DNA of 64,000 nucleotides. Origin: the human T2T-CHM13v2.0 reference genome, Homo sapiens. Location of the stretch: assembly GCF_009914755.1 (NCBI RefSeq), contig NC_060932.1, one strand, 5' to 3'. A program made the position numbers and the translations under genes. The notes below the pieces were generated by a model. It did no database searches, was not told the origin of the DNA, and saw nothing but the letters and a program-made list of their open reading frames with translations. Positions 62,996 through 64,000 of this stretch are shown here, in pieces (position 1 is the first letter of the stretch; each line of letters starts with the position of its first letter).

Positions 62996-64000
62996 TGTAA
63001 CTCCCCAGTTAGTGTGACTTCAACTTTTTTCCCAACAGACTTGCTGGCACAATGAAGCACAACAGTCCTGAAGCCTAGTCTAAAAAGCCCCGTTAATACA
63101 CTACTAAGTTTTGGGGACTTCTAGTTCCAGCAATTTGGCAGACTGTGCAGAGAAACCACTCTTGTTAAGGAACACATATATATGCTAGATATTAAAAAAA
63201 AAAAAAAAAAAAAGGACAGCTGTGCAGGTGATAAAGAGAAACGACTGTACTGTATAAAGCTTGGAGAGACAAGTGCCACCATTTATCCCAAAGGGACCCA
63301 CTGATGTCTCTTGGGCTAGAAGGGCTTCAAGGAACCACAGATTTCACATGAGAGTCTGGAGGCTAAGCAAAGAATAGAAAGTCATCACAGGAATCTCCTC
63401 TTCTGTCCCCCTCACATATATAAAGCTAAACATAAATCTTAAAAGGGCAACACCATGAAGGAGTGAAACAGAAAAATCATACCTCGAGAGATTTACCTAT
63501 CTCAGCCATGAATAGATGCAGAATGGAAAAAGGTCTCTTTTGAGAACTTCTAACTACAAGTCTGCATTTTGGAGAGTTTTGGACTGCACTCTACACTATA
63601 AAGCCTGGTTCAGTGTTGGTTAACTGTGTGGTGGCTCAACACTATGAGCAAGCACCAAGTAGTCTTCCTCTCTACTCTGCCATCTACTATTCAGGAGAAT
63701 ACAAAAAAAAAAGGAAGTATCTGTCAAGGTAAGTCCAGCGTCTAAACTTTAATTAGCTGTGTTACACTGGAGAAGTTGCCTAACTTTTCTGAGCCGTAGT
63801 TTCCCCATTTGACAAACTAGAATGATAGTGGTTATCTATGACATATTGGGAAAATTAAAACAGGTAATCTGTCTACAATACTTAGGAAAGTTCCTAGTAC
63901 ATACTAAAATTTCAGTAACTGTTAGTTACTGTTATATGAGAGACATGGAAATAAAGTAGAAACAGATTATTTATTAAGAACATAACAAGAACATTTTCAA

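Overview
Primate genomic DNA, most likely human chr8q22.3 (identified by recognising the proteins; no database search was run). It is Alu-rich and intron-dominated, with no prokaryotic features. The minus strand carries the last 25 coding exons of the HECT E3 ligase UBR5 (61491 to stop at 26202; exons 35-59 if the gene has 59). All splice phases join into one frame of 1269 full sense codons plus stop, containing the MLLE/PABC domain and the HECT catalytic Cys, followed by a ~2 kb 3'UTR. About 13 kb downstream on the same strand are the CpG-island promoter, two alternative first coding exons, the intron-1 p53 element and exon 2 of RRM2B (p53R2). The gap between the genes holds an Alu-disrupted processed SUMO2 pseudogene, nested MLT1/Alu/Tigger3 elements and a probable divergent + strand lncRNA. 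I found no convincing wholly new biological system. The best leads are a complex inverted-plus-direct duplication around UBR5 exon 56, a phase-compatible UBR5-RRM2B read-through junction, the unusual RRM2B 5' splice-site architecture, and tandem splice sites in UBR5. Repeat family names and boundaries are by eye and approximate.
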